Origin: Octopus vulgaris
Taxonomy: Eukaryota
Length of the DNA: 64,000 bases
Direction of reading: 5' to 3'
NCBI GenBank assembly: GCA_951406725.2
Contig: OX597815.1
Coordinates: 12,338,001 to 12,402,000, forward strand
Shown: in pieces, positions 13,982 through 26,335 of the stretch
Layout: the number at the start of each line of letters is the position of its first letter
Numbering within the stretch: the first letter of the stretch is position 1
Translations under genes and position numbers: made by a program
Notes under the pieces: generated by a model
The model's database searches: none
Told to the model about the DNA's origin: nothing
The model's input: the letters and a program-made list of their open reading frames with translations, nothing else

Positions 13982-14875
13982 GGAAACAGGTGGACTCTCC
14001 TTATGGGGTCATAATGATACATCTAGTGATGGTGTCACAATAAAAACACTGGTAATTGCGTAACCTTATAATAGCTACCTCATATGAGTGACAATGAAAA
14101 AACAAAATATTGTGAATAACGGTGGTAATGAAACTAAAGCCAATGATGATGACAGTGTTACACCCGGTAGGCTCAGAGATTCTGGTCCGGCTCCATCCTG
14201 TCGATATCCAGAAAGGAAACACCATACACGGCGTAGATGGAGCAAACAAATTAATGCTGTGGTCATGGGGGTGTTACTACCTGAGCAACCCGGTAGATAA
14301 AAATGGTGCTCAAATTAGGGGTTACCGGCTACGTATGTATGATCATTGGTGAAAAAAGCATTGTTTCAACTCACGGAACATAGACTATGTGATCAAGCTA
14401 GAGGAATAAGAAAAAATATGGAAACGAGCAGCATTGATAAGAATGAAAATACAGTGCTTACTAATAAGAGTAATCTCATAGCACAGGAAAGGAGCAGTAG
14501 TAGCTTACTTGATGAGAGACATATAGATGATCTAAAAGAAGACAATAAATCTAACAGCGACATGACAAATTAACAAAAGGCAATCGACGACAGAATAAAG
14601 GCAAGACTACAGGAGAACGATAGCGGCATTGTTTGCAACCTTTAAAATGTTGATCGATGGAAATTGAACCAAGAAAAGAAAAATGTTAATGAAAGTCTGA
14701 AATACATCAGAACAAACAACATTACAGAATCAAGTAATTTGATCAAGGCAGCAGGTATTGTAGCAGAAAATGTGGGTGTTGATGTCAAAAATAAAAAGAA
14801 ACATATTGGGAGTCACAAAAGAAACAGTCCATGGTGGAAAAGAAGAATCCAGGCAGGGTTAGACATGCACTTCGA
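13979..14875 (+). mobile_element. R4/Dong-like (RLE) non-LTR retrotransposon, decayed 5' part
   Basis: RRRWSKQINAVVMG/CYYLSNP..RGYRLRMYDHW, LTEHRLCDQARGIRKN and NLIKAAGIVAE..PWWKRRI are typical R4-clade N-terminal motifs. Begins right after an (AAT)n tract. Confidence 0.8.
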
Positions 14876-14879
14876 GACA

Positions 14880-15382
14880 TGAATCGACATGTAGCAGATT
14901 TCTTCTTCGTTTTTCTTCTCTTCTTTCCTGGATTTTTTGCATTGATGTAGCAAGCATTTTTCTTCTCCTTTTTCTTTTTCCGGGGAGTGGTTTCAATTTC
15001 TTTTTGTTCTGGACAAGAGACCACTCTTCCACTTCTGGCATTATGACGCTTGTGACGACGTCGCTGGTTCAGACTCCTTCTCCGACACTTTTTTTTCTTT
15101 CTGCTTCTTTCGGTTTGCAGTCTACACTGAGGTGGTCCTTTTTTCCACACTAGAAGCATCGAGGCTGGCGACCTTCTACCATCACTATCAGACAGGTCTC
15201 ACCAACCATGATGATTTCGTTATTTCTTCCAGCGTTAACTGCTCTGCCTGTATAATTAACCGCATGCTTTGGTCGTGACAGTTGCGTGTCTCGATCACGG
15301 CAGCGTCTAGAACTGTAATTTTTCCTCCAGGCCTATCCTCACTGCTGCCACGAGCCACACTGGCTCTTAACGACTTCGCCAT
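14880..15382 (-). pseudogene. Possible LINE ORF1-like remnant
   Basis: GC-richer, frameshifted basic ORF pieces starting ATGGCGAAG at 15382; no diagnostic motif recognised. Confidence 0.3.
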
Positions 15383-15390
15383 ACGCCAAT

Positions 15391-15684
15391 GGGCATATGG
15401 CGTAGTGGGTAAGAGTGAGGGCTACTAGCCCCAAGATCCCAAGTTCGATTCCAATCAGTGACCTGAATGATAATAATAATAATAAGAATAATAACAACAA
15501 CAACAATAATAATAATAATAACAACAACAACAACATCGAAAAATATCTTAGGAATGAGAACTCAGGTTCGAAAATTCCCCAAGGCATCTGACGAAGGCTG
15601 GAGGGTATATCAACCCAAACGTTCTGTTACCAACAAGCAAGATGAGGACAAACATCCGTCGAATGTAAATAATGTAAATAATGT
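15391..15684 (+). mobile_element. tRNA-derived SINE, family D, with Penelope-type hammerhead-like tail
   Basis: A-box TGGCGTAGTGG, B-box GTTCGATTCC, internal (AAT/AAC)n, CTGACGA-A-GGCTG..CAACC-CAAAC-GTT at 15588-15623, ends in (AATGTAAAT)n. Confidence 0.8.
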
Positions 15685-15849
15685 GAGTTGAACCGGCCTT
15701 GAATGAACAAACACCCCGCAGACAAAAGTTTCAGCCCTAAACTTCTTACACTAAAAGGGGACCGAGCCGAATCCAAGTCACGAGTTAAAGGTGCCTTTCG
15801 GCTGACAAATTTTAGCCACTTGAATATCGGAAACTTGTGCATTTAAACT

Positions 15850-16180
15850 GTGCTTGGAGATTTCATAGAGTTGCAACCCTTCTTTGTGGAATCAGAGTTA
15901 ATATACAAATATGTTATCTTCAAAAAGAATGGATTTCGTTTTGGTTCCTTCTTGAACAGAGGCAGCTGGACAATCTCTTTGCTGTATCTGACATTCTCCA
16001 TGGAATATTCCCTTTGAAATAATTGTTGCATTGGTGTTGATTGTTCGGCTCTCATTTTTAAATGTTAGAATTGCTGTCTCTCAATACCAACAATTAATAT
16101 ATTTGCACTTGGCAAATGGAGTTACCTCAACAGTCTGCATGGAGGAGAGAGTCGAATGTCTTCCTATATTCAGACCATAC
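15850..16180 (-). pseudogene. Heavily decayed non-LTR reverse-transcriptase fragment
   Basis: VWSEYRKTFDSLLH (cf. W.DY.KAFDSVPH) and, after a frameshift, GIFHGE (cf. GIFQGD). Confidence 0.45.
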
Positions 16181-17518
16181 TTTTATAGAACTCCAATTTT
16201 CCGTTTTTATAAAAACTCGATTGACATCACGAGAACAAGGCAATTTAAAAAAAAAAAAAAGTGGGATGCTTGTTGCCGAACTTGTTTCACGGTATTTTTC
16301 ATAGCACCCAAATAGATGTTCTTTTAGGCGTAGCGTCCAAGCAAAAGAAAAAAAGTGTACCTTCTCAGCTTACTGGTGTTTTAGAGCTATTTCAGTCGGT
16401 GGAGTTGTTATGAATTTCAGTTTTCACGTGCAATATATATATATATATATATATTCTTAAATTTAGGTCTAAATAACGCTACCGTGGTATGTAAAGTGTC
16501 TTATTCAAATTTATAATTTAACAAATAAACCAGTTGCTGATTTAGGCTGGAGTTATCGACATAAATGTCGGAGAAAATGTTCAAATAGAAATTTTAAACG
16601 GATTTCCAAGCTTGCCCGTCTGATGTTGACGGTGCCATCTTGAATGTACGATCTTGAATGCGCCATATTGAACGTATGTGTATATGTGTGTACGCATGCA
16701 TGCGTTAATGCATGTATGAATGTATTATGTATGTATGTATGCATGAATATATGCATACATGCATGTATGTATGTATATACGCTACGCTTTTATTCAGTCG
16801 ATCATTGTAGAGCGTGTTTTGTAATTAGATTACTTTTCACTCATGTTTAAATGTAATTATGAACAAGTAAATTATTTTTTACTTTTGTTTGCTGCAAATG
16901 GTAACAGTGATTAAACTTTGGTAAAGTATGTCATTTGATGCTCCGGGTTCTGAAAGTGTGCTTATCTCTTTCGCATTTGTCAACAATTCAGCCGTTGTAT
17001 TAATTGTTTAAACCAAATTCACCCCTGATGTATTTCCTCCAACGTGATCTGTCTTAAAGAGGTTGAGCAATATATTTGGAGACGTGTGGCTTTAATTCAG
17101 CCGAGAAAGCGAGCTCATAATAGCTCCCCTGTTTGCCACTTCTTCAGTTTGTTACGATTAAAATCGTAGTGTTTCTCAACATTTATGTTATATTCTTTCA
17201 AGGAAATGCAAGTGTGTCAATAGCTAGTTTATTGATGCTTGAATTATTGTTTTTTTTTTTTTCACAAAATACACTAAGCATTGGTATTAAATAATAAAGA
17301 AAATTAAATATAATGTGATATTTACGGTTTTTCAATGCATAATAGGATACATCTACGGATGTTATTTACTGAGATAATTTCCACATATACACATGCTCGC
17401 ATAGACACACACAGTCGCGCGCACACACACAACACACACAGACATATAAACATTACGAGGTATATTTCATTATATTAATAGTTACGCAAGCATACGTATA
17501 TGTTTGTGTGTGCGCGTG

Positions 17519-17612
<94 letters not shown>

Positions 17613-17660
17613 TAGACATATATATATATACACACACACACCCACACACACATATATATA

Positions 17661-18024
17661 TTCTCTTTTACCCTATTACTTGTTTCAGTCATTTGACTTT
17701 GGCCATGCTAGAGCACCGATGTTAGTCGAACAAATCGACCCCAGGACTTATTCCTTCTAAGCCTAGTACTTATTCTGTCGGTCTCTTTTGCCGAACCGCC
17801 AGCATCGGTTGTCAACAAACACAGATACACAAACACACACACATATATATAAAAATATACATATATACGACGGGCATCTTTCAGTTACGGAATCCACTCA
17901 CAAGGCTTTTGTCGGTCCGAAGCTATAGTACAAGACACTTGCCCAAGGTGCCACGCAGTAGGACTGAAACCCAGAACCATGTGGTTTGTAAGCAAGCTAC
18001 ATACCACACAGCCACTCCTACGCC
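17661..18024 (-). mobile_element. SINE family B, older copy with internal deletions
   Basis: Reverse-complement match to the 4094-4538 copy. Confidence 0.85.
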
Positions 18025-18040
18025 ATATAATATATATTAT

Positions 18041-18632
18041 ATAATTCAGTTTCGGGGATTAATTGATATGCGGGTATTCAATTTCAGATAATTAAAAAAA
18101 AATAGCCCAAGGAGTATATCTGAAGGTATATTTATATTTTGTATCATATACTTTATATTTGACGTTATATACTTGACTGTATAAGTTTGATATATGTTTA
18201 GTAATTCATCTTTATAATGCATAATCTATGATTTATAATTTTTAACTTTATGACGTATAATTTTTAATTTTTAATGTTTAATTTAATGTTTAATTTCACA
18301 CTTAATTTTAAGGTGATGTAAAATTAGATTAACAATATTTTGAAAAAGAACCTGAAGATGTGTTGATAGAATTATAAATATATTCATTGCATATATGTAT
18401 ATATATTTAGGTATATATATGCATATTGATATGTAATTAATAATTTCAATCTTAACTTAAATAGGAGATAATTAAAGAAGTATATTTTATACCCTGCTGG
18501 TATACCGGTTATACCCTTTAAAGTATTTCATGATGTGCCAATAGATACAATGAGTTTATCTTCATTAGGTTATTTTTTGTATTATCTGAAATAGAGTACC
18601 CGCATATCCATTAATCCCCCAAACTGAATTAT
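18041..18632. mobile_element. MITE-like element with ~67-bp imperfect terminal inverted repeats and AT-rich interior
   Basis: 18041-18108 (ATAATTCAGTTTCGGGGATTAATTGATATGCGGGTA..) is the reverse complement of 18567-18632. Confidence 0.75.
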
Positions 18633-18784
18633 TATTGATTTCTGTTATGTGTTTTGTATACTTTTAGATAAATATATAAATATATGATAAACAATATCCC
18701 ACTGTACGATATGCAGATGCATGTAATGCTAAAGGGTTGTACCTGATTGATTCTGAAATGCGTTTTCCCAAATTAATTAATTCT

Positions 18785-18814
18785 ATATAATATATACATA
18801 TACATGTATGTATG

Positions 18815-18857
<43 letters not shown>

Positions 18858-19027
18858 TATATATATATATATATACATACTATATCACATATAAATATAC
18901 ATATACAAATATATATGTATATAAATATATATATACATACATACTATACCACATATATATATAAATATATAAATATATATGTATATATATACATACTATA
19001 TCACATATATATATACATATATAAATA

Positions 19028-19069
<42 letters not shown>

Positions 19070-19106
19070 TATCATATATATATATATACATATACAAATA
19101 TATATG

Positions 19107-19158
<52 letters not shown>

Positions 19159-19235
19159 CATCAGACACACACACACACACACACACGCAGGCACACACAG
19201 ATACACGCACATATACGTACACATATTTATACATA
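18785..19235. repeat. Degenerate (TA)n/(CA)n tract with higher-order duplications
   Basis: Directly visible. Confidence 0.9.
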
Positions 19236-19516
19236 TAAACATTGTGGATGCAATGAATGAAAAATAAAAGACAACAAGAGAGAAATGTCTTAAGAAATAT
19301 TGTATGAATTTAGCTCATAAAAGGAAATAATCTGAGTGCTTTGTACACTAGTGTTTCATCAAGAAGAGGAGAAAGTGGAAGAAAAGAGTGTGAATGAGCC
19401 AAAACGATTGGAAACACTCAAGTGAGGGTTAGGGGTCAAGTAGGAAAGGGGTAGTATGGGGTAGAGGCCGTTAAAGACGGACGATGGGTTTAACGTATGA
19501 GCACGTATACTGATAT

Positions 19517-19898
19517 GGAGGCGCAATGGCCCAGTGGTTAGGACAGCTGACTCGCGGTCGTAGGATTGCGGTTTCGATTCCCAGACCGGGCGTTGTGAGT
19601 GTTTATTGAGCGAAAAACACCTAAAAGCTCCACGAGCTCCGGCAGGGGATGGTGGTGATCCCTGCTGTACTCTTTCACCGCAACTTTCTCTCACTCTTAC
19701 TTCCTGTTTCTGTTGTACCTGTATTTCAAAGGGCCGGCCTTGTCACTCTCTGTGTCACGCTGAATATCCCCGAGAACTACGTTAAGGGTACACGTGTCTG
19801 TGGAGTGCTCAGTCACTTACACGTTAAATTCACGAGCAGGCTGTTCCGTTGATCGGATCAACCGGAACCCTCGTTGTCGTAACCAATGGAGTGCTTCC
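19517..19898 (+). mobile_element. tRNA-derived SINE, family C (tail type 1)
   Basis: Head GGAGGCGCAATGGCCCAGTGGTTAGG..GGTTTCGATTCCC; 10-bp TSD ATACTGATAT (19507-19516 / 19899-19908). Confidence 0.9.
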
Positions 19899-20462
19899 AT
19901 ACTGATATATGCGTATTTTCAGATTGGCAAAGAACTGTGGATCTGTGAAAATATTGAATGTGCGTTTGTGGGATGAAAGCGTTGTTATACGAATGTCATC
20001 GTTAAATGTGTAATGAAAGCGCGAAATTCAATGGGAAGGATGCGAATGCGAGATAAAAATAAGTGGGGGAGGATAGCATGCGAGGCAAAAGGGAATACAA
20101 TTGGAATATGGTTGGTAGTGATTAAAGTGGACGCAGATTTGACTCCGTTGGAGTCCACTCGCATTGTGACTACATGTATGTTATAAAATCTGTCAGAAAA
20201 ACCTTAGGTTCGATTGTATCTATATATAAACTGCATTGTCTTGTGCGTACAAAATACGTCGCTGTACTATTCAGCTATGTAAGTATTAACTGAGCAGCAA
20301 ATACTTTCATTAATGCGAGAACAGCAACTTCATTGTCGAATAACATTGATCAAATGCATGCATACATACATACATTCACACATACATACATGCATGCATA
20401 CATGCATACATACATATACTACATACATACATACATACATACATACATACATGTATGTGTAC

Positions 20463-20493
<31 letters not shown>

Positions 20494-20706
20494 CATATAT
20501 ATATACATATATATATACATATCCTATATATGATATATTCAGTTATATATATATACATATATACACACATATATATACATATACGTGGAAGCGCAACAGC
20601 CAAGGGCAGAAACCCGCGTGTTCTTGTGTGGTTTCGATTTGTGTGCGTTTTTTTTATATGAATAAATGAAAGAATGGAGTTGAACGAAGATTTTAACAAA
20701 ATCCTT

Positions 20707-20895
20707 TGTACTCTCAACACAACTTTCTCTCACTCTTACTTCCTGGAATAAAGGGTCTCTTGCCGTACCTCGTAGGAAAGACAAGGCCTTGTCAGCCTCA
20801 ATGTCACGCTGAAACATGTGTTGAGAACTACGTGAAGGGTACACGTGTCTGTGGAGTTTCTTCAGCTCATTCTTACACTTTAATTTCATGATATA
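20707..20895 (+). mobile_element. SINE family C internal/tail-1 fragment
   Basis: CAACTTTCTCTCACTCTTACTTCCTG..GAGAACTACG..GGTACACGTGTCTGTGGAG matches 19681-19806. Confidence 0.8.
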
Positions 20896-20909
20896 GGCTA
20901 TATATACCG

Positions 20910-20944
<35 letters not shown>

Positions 20945-21477
20945 TCCCCATATATATGTATTATAGATAAAGACATACACACATACGCACATCCATACAT
21001 ACGTACATACATGCCTACGTACATACGCATCCATTCATAATTGTGTAAAAGATATTCGTGTATATACATATTTCAGACAAAATATAAATAAGATATTATC
21101 AATGTAACAAACAGTAAAACAAATAAAGCCGCATAAAAGACTGCTTTTAATTCTCCTTTTTTATTCTCCTTTATTTTCTGTATTTTTCCACTAAATTTGG
21201 TACACACACATATATATAATATTTTTTTTTTTCATATTTTCTTCTTCTGATATTGGAGGAGATAATTCCGGGCATTACTTAAAACGGATGTGTAGAATGA
21301 TAATTTCATATGTTTTCCACATGAATTCCATGGAAGTAAATGTTATCAAAAATATATTTGTACTTACAAACATTTTTAGCAGAATTGTAAGGTACTCACC
21401 TGCAAAGAAAACAGTGAGATATTATTATTTAGTTATACAAAAGGTAGTCAGAAAGGAGAAACTGAAAATCTGGTTAT

Positions 21478-21512
<35 letters not shown>

Positions 21513-21668
21513 GCACACACACACACACACACACACACAATAAAGATTCAAGTTAATTTAAATGAATTTACTGAATATGGTACAACTTAGATAAAAAAAC
21601 TATACTGATTTAACAATACAGTAATGTGGGTGATTATAAGAGAATGAAGCATGGATAGGTTTTTAGTA

Positions 21669-21705
<37 letters not shown>

Positions 21706-21777
21706 TATATTTGGTTTGACGTTTGCATCTGCGGAAATCAGATGCATATACGAGTACACACACACACACACATACAT

Positions 21778-21811
<34 letters not shown>

Positions 21812-22340
21812 ACATGATTCAGATACGCCAACGTATACGATGGACGTTAATAGAACGTCTGCCGACCAGATACACTGGTACATGAATATTGTGCAAATAT
21901 ATATTAGTACAAACGCACTAAGTGCCGGTGTGTACTTTGAACAAAAGATGTTTAATATCGTATCTGATTTTAAACAAAATCATTAATTTGTAAAGATGAT
22001 TGGCAAGGTTTAATCTTTGGGAAGGATTTCGGTTGATAAGAGATTACTTTATACTATGTAACTAAACGAAATCATTTCCGAAGTACAATGATCTAGACGA
22101 CTGATATTTATATCCAATGTTAATCATATTACGGCTAGGTTCACCTGGACCAACCTGTGCTATAGTACAAATAACAACATGGAGATGTCTAATTGATGAA
22201 ACTGTCAATTCAAAAGCGCTTTCACTGCTTTTAATAATGAATAACACTGATTTGTAGCGCCTAAATGTATATAGGTGAACTGGATCGTTTCGTTCACATG
22301 ATTGTGCATACGCAGACCGTCTTCAGTATATAATATTTAT

Positions 22341-22751
22341 TACTCTCTCTCTTTTACTCTTTTACATATTTCAGTCATTTGACTGCGGTCATGCTGGAGC
22401 ACCGCCTTTAGTCGAGCAAATCGACCCCGGGACTTATTCTTTGTAAGCCCAGTACTTATTCTATCGGTCTCTTTGGCCGAACCGCTAAGTGACGGGGACG
22501 TAAACACACCAGCATCGGTTGTCGAGCAATGCTAGGGGTACAAACACAGACACACAAACACATACACATACATACATATACATATATACGACAGGCTTCT
22601 TTCAGTTTCCATCTACCAAATCCACTCACAAGGCATTGGTCGGCCCGGGGCTATAGCAGAAGACACTTGCCCAAGATGCCACGCAGTGGGACTGAACCCG
22701 GAACCATGTGGTTGGTTAGCAAGCTACTTACCACACAGCCACTCCTGCGCC
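22341..22751 (-). mobile_element. SINE family B (full length)
   Basis: Near-identical reverse complement of 28083-28500. Confidence 0.9.
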
Positions 22752-23769
22752 TATTATTGGTTTCAAATTAGGAACGAAGGGGTAAGTTGGTTTAATCGAC
22801 CCTTAGTTTTCAACTTTAACTTATGTCATTGACCCCGAAAAGCAAAAAAACCAAAGCCATCCCTGGTGGGATTTTACACAGTATGTGAAGTCGGAAGAAA
22901 TGCCGCTGAGCACTTCTCCCGATGCAGTAAAGGTTCTACCAGGTCGCACCTGTTATGCAATTTATTATTAACTATATGTACTTCTGAAAGTGATAACTTT
23001 TGAATTAGGGAGACATGTTCTAATTTATGTAATACATTCCACAATAGAGAATTGAGACTGAAAGTTCTGCCAGTCATGTATTTTGGTAGTGAATCTGCTG
23101 GCAGTGTCTTGCCTCCACTGCTGCATTATAAAATCCAATTCCCAATTAACATAAACACATTTTCTGCAATATTCAGCATATAAGATTCGAAATTTGTATA
23201 ACTAATTCTTTAACTTTGTACTAAAGTAAAAATAATGACGTTCACGAAAACATCCAGTGATCTGTATCAGCATCACATATGCAAATGATGATATTTTGCC
23301 TTTCAAAATATGCAATATAGCATAGAGATATGAAGATTACATCCCGCCAAATAGAATTTCTCTTACGGAAGTTGTGAATCTTTGGATCTTGGGTAAATAT
23401 AGCATAGATATTCAGAATTAAAATTAGAATGATAATAGAGCGTGACAAACTTTTTATTTTCAAATTTCAGCATTTTAATCATTCACAAACTTGGGTGGTA
23501 ATTTATTCAGACTGTAATATAAATGAACACACACGCACACATCCACGAATGCAGATGGGTGTAAGTGTCTGTTGTGTGTGTGTGTCTGTGCGTGCGCTCG
23601 CGCTTCTATACATACAGTATGTTACGATTTTTCATATAAACTAGAGTGCCGTGGATGTATTGTGTATCTTTGCAGAAGTGATCATACCATCTTTATGATC
23701 ATTTCGCGAAATATATTACAATATCTTCAAAAAGTGAATAACGCCTGTAATATACATGCAACGAATTAA

Positions 23770-23969
<200 letters not shown>

Positions 23970-24010
23970 AGATACTGCTGCTAGTGCTGCTGCTGTTGCT
24001 CTTGCTCTCG

Positions 24011-24057
<47 letters not shown>

Positions 24058-24072
24058 GCAAATATTAAGTAA

Positions 24073-24737
24073 GTGATTTGATCAATAGATTCCGGACTGT
24101 TACCAAAGTAACAAAGTTGAAGCACGCAGAGAGAAGCCGCTGGGCAAATGTCCACCTTGATGGTTACTGTGCATGCGCACTAAGTTTCAACGTTGCGGCT
24201 TACTTCCGCTCTTCACAGCAGTGCTTCGAAGTAACCTGTATAGCATGTGCTCGCCGAATTGAACCTGACAGAGAAAGTTGAGCTGAGAATCTGCATCAAG
24301 CTTTGCGAAAAGCTTGGCGATACATGCTCAGTGTTCTTCGTAAAGATTTGAAAAAGTCTTCATCGTTCTCGCAATTATCAAGGAGATTTTATGCACCAGA
24401 AACTCGAGTATTTTGGGCTCATCTGAAAGCAGGTTTAGCATAGACTTGGCAGACAGGCGTCTCATACACTCCTCTCCATACAGATTTTGAAACTCTGCGT
24501 AGGCAAGTGAACAGGTATCACTATGACAACTTTCTGTGCCGTGGTCAAAGCGATGATCACACGTTACACACGTTGATTTTGAAGCACTGCTGTAAATAGC
24601 GGAAGTGGAGCTATAACGTTAAAACTTAGTGCACATGCACAACAGAGACCAAGGTCGGTCTTTACCCAGCAGCTTTACTATGCGTGTTTTAGCTTCGTTA
24701 TTATGACAATTGTCCAGATACATATTGGACAAACCTA
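24073..24737. mobile_element. Mariner-derived fold-back: two inverted 5' ends of a mariner element
   Basis: ~180-bp diverged inverted repeat. The + arm encodes TEKVELRICIKLCEKLGDTCS; the - arm encodes DTCSLAYAEFQNLYGEECMRRLSAK..LLSDE and LLDNCENDEDFFKS (mariner N-terminal motifs). Confidence 0.8.
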
Positions 24738-25389
24738 TAATAAGGGTAAAATTAATTAATTAATTAGTAATTAATAATTTTACCAAGCAGTGTTCAGTAT
24801 GTAAAAGGACCATTTAACGGTAAATTTAAACATTATTTTATATAATAGGGTTCAGCAAAAAAATTGCTTTACCACACACTGAACTTTTAGAAATAGCAGC
24901 CAAAGAATTTAGCTATTTCTTCCACTTTAAGAAGAGTCTCCCAGAAAATGTATACTTGAAAACATTACACGTCGGTATAGAGGGAAAAATAACGAAAGTT
25001 CACTTGAAAGATTACTTGTGAACGCGTTTCTGGGTTAATTAGATATAGAGATGCTAGAAATACAACCCTATTCCAATATTCCTTTCGTCAGCACAAGATT
25101 TTCATTAAGTTTAAATTTGAGAGCACTAAGAATCGAACTTACCCATCTGATTTGTGTGACCTCAGACGAAACAACTTCGACATGCTGTACTAACGAATTC
25201 AAAACGTACGAATGAGGCTTTGCATCCTCCCCTGACCACCCACGTTGAGTTATAGAGCACAAAATTCCTACAGAAGGATCTGTAGTTTATTAGCAGGGAG
25301 AGAATTATATTGTCAATAATAATAATAAGTGTAAAATTAATTAATTAATTAATAATTAATAATTTTACTGAGCAGTGTTCAGTATGTAA
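24737..25389 (-). mobile_element. Retrozyme/Penelope-like non-autonomous element with ~68-bp direct terminal repeats
   Basis: Direct repeats 24737-24804 / 25322-25389 (ATAATAAG.GTAAAATTAATTAATT..GCAGTGTTCAGTATGTAA), no meaningful ORF, internal hammerhead-like motif. Confidence 0.65.
25015..25097 (-). ncRNA. Type I hammerhead-ribozyme-like motif
   Basis: Minus strand CTTGTG-CTGACGA-(~54 nt)-GAAAC-GC-GTT-CACAAG: perfect 6-bp helix I, palindromic helix III AACGCGTT; base of helix II imperfect. Confidence 0.65.
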
Positions 25390-26270
25390 GTTTAAACACG
25401 TCCATCACTTTTTTCAAGTTCTTTAAAAGAAATGTAATTTAAGTTCTTCTTGCAACCACATCTATAGTAACTCCATGTTTTGCCCTACACCATGAATTTC
25501 TTGTTGCTGGTACAGCTTCCCGGAACAAGCAAACCGATCAATGAATAACTTCCAGTCGTGACATTTGCATATGTTTTAACACATCCAACGTATCTATCTC
25601 GTGTCAGTGTGTAAGTGTTTAGATATGAGGTTGAATAGTCGCACACTTATTGTGGTACAATAGTCGCACACTTATTGCAAATTGACCGGATAATTTCAGA
25701 ATCCCTTGTACTTTCACTAGATAGTACTATATGCATATGTTATAAGCACTGAGATCTTTTTGTAGTAAGCAGTGGATTATAACCATAGCGTTCTTTCTAG
25801 CAAACGAATTATGTCAGCGCTTCAATGAAGATAAACATATAAAACATGTTTTATGTTTTCATTGTAGATAGTGTAATTGATATATACATATCCAGCTAAA
25901 TGTTGAACTACTACCAGTCTAACATTCTTTTTATCATTAAATATTTGTAAATGATATTGCTATGACCAGGAAATTATCACCACAGTCATATTCCCATACA
26001 ATATCTAGCAACTCAATTGAGATTATGCAACGGAAATATATTACGTAAAAATGTCACTAGTGAGAGAATATGTGAGACAATTAAACGTGACGTCGAAGGA
26101 AAAACTGTTGCAAAAATTGTTAAATTTGTTCGAATATAGAATATTTCTCTTGACTGCCGTACATGTTATTACATGAGCTAATGTGATTTGGAAACTTTCT
26201 GGGAGTAGTAATGCTCGACAATGACAAATATATCTTGGTATTATTCACGGTATCGAAATTTTAATAGTAA

Positions 26271-26334
<64 letters not shown>

Positions 26335-26335
26335 C

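Noticed and set aside
19517-19590. tRNA-like sequences (also at 4094, 15391, 49055, 62985)
   Set aside because: They are SINE heads continuing into shared bodies, without a proper cloverleaf or terminator.
22279-22328. Minus-strand CTGAAGA-CGGTC..GAAC-GAAACGATC hammerhead-like motif
   Set aside because: Helix II is mismatched, helix III is unpaired and there is no helix I; could be a decayed relic but is not supportable.
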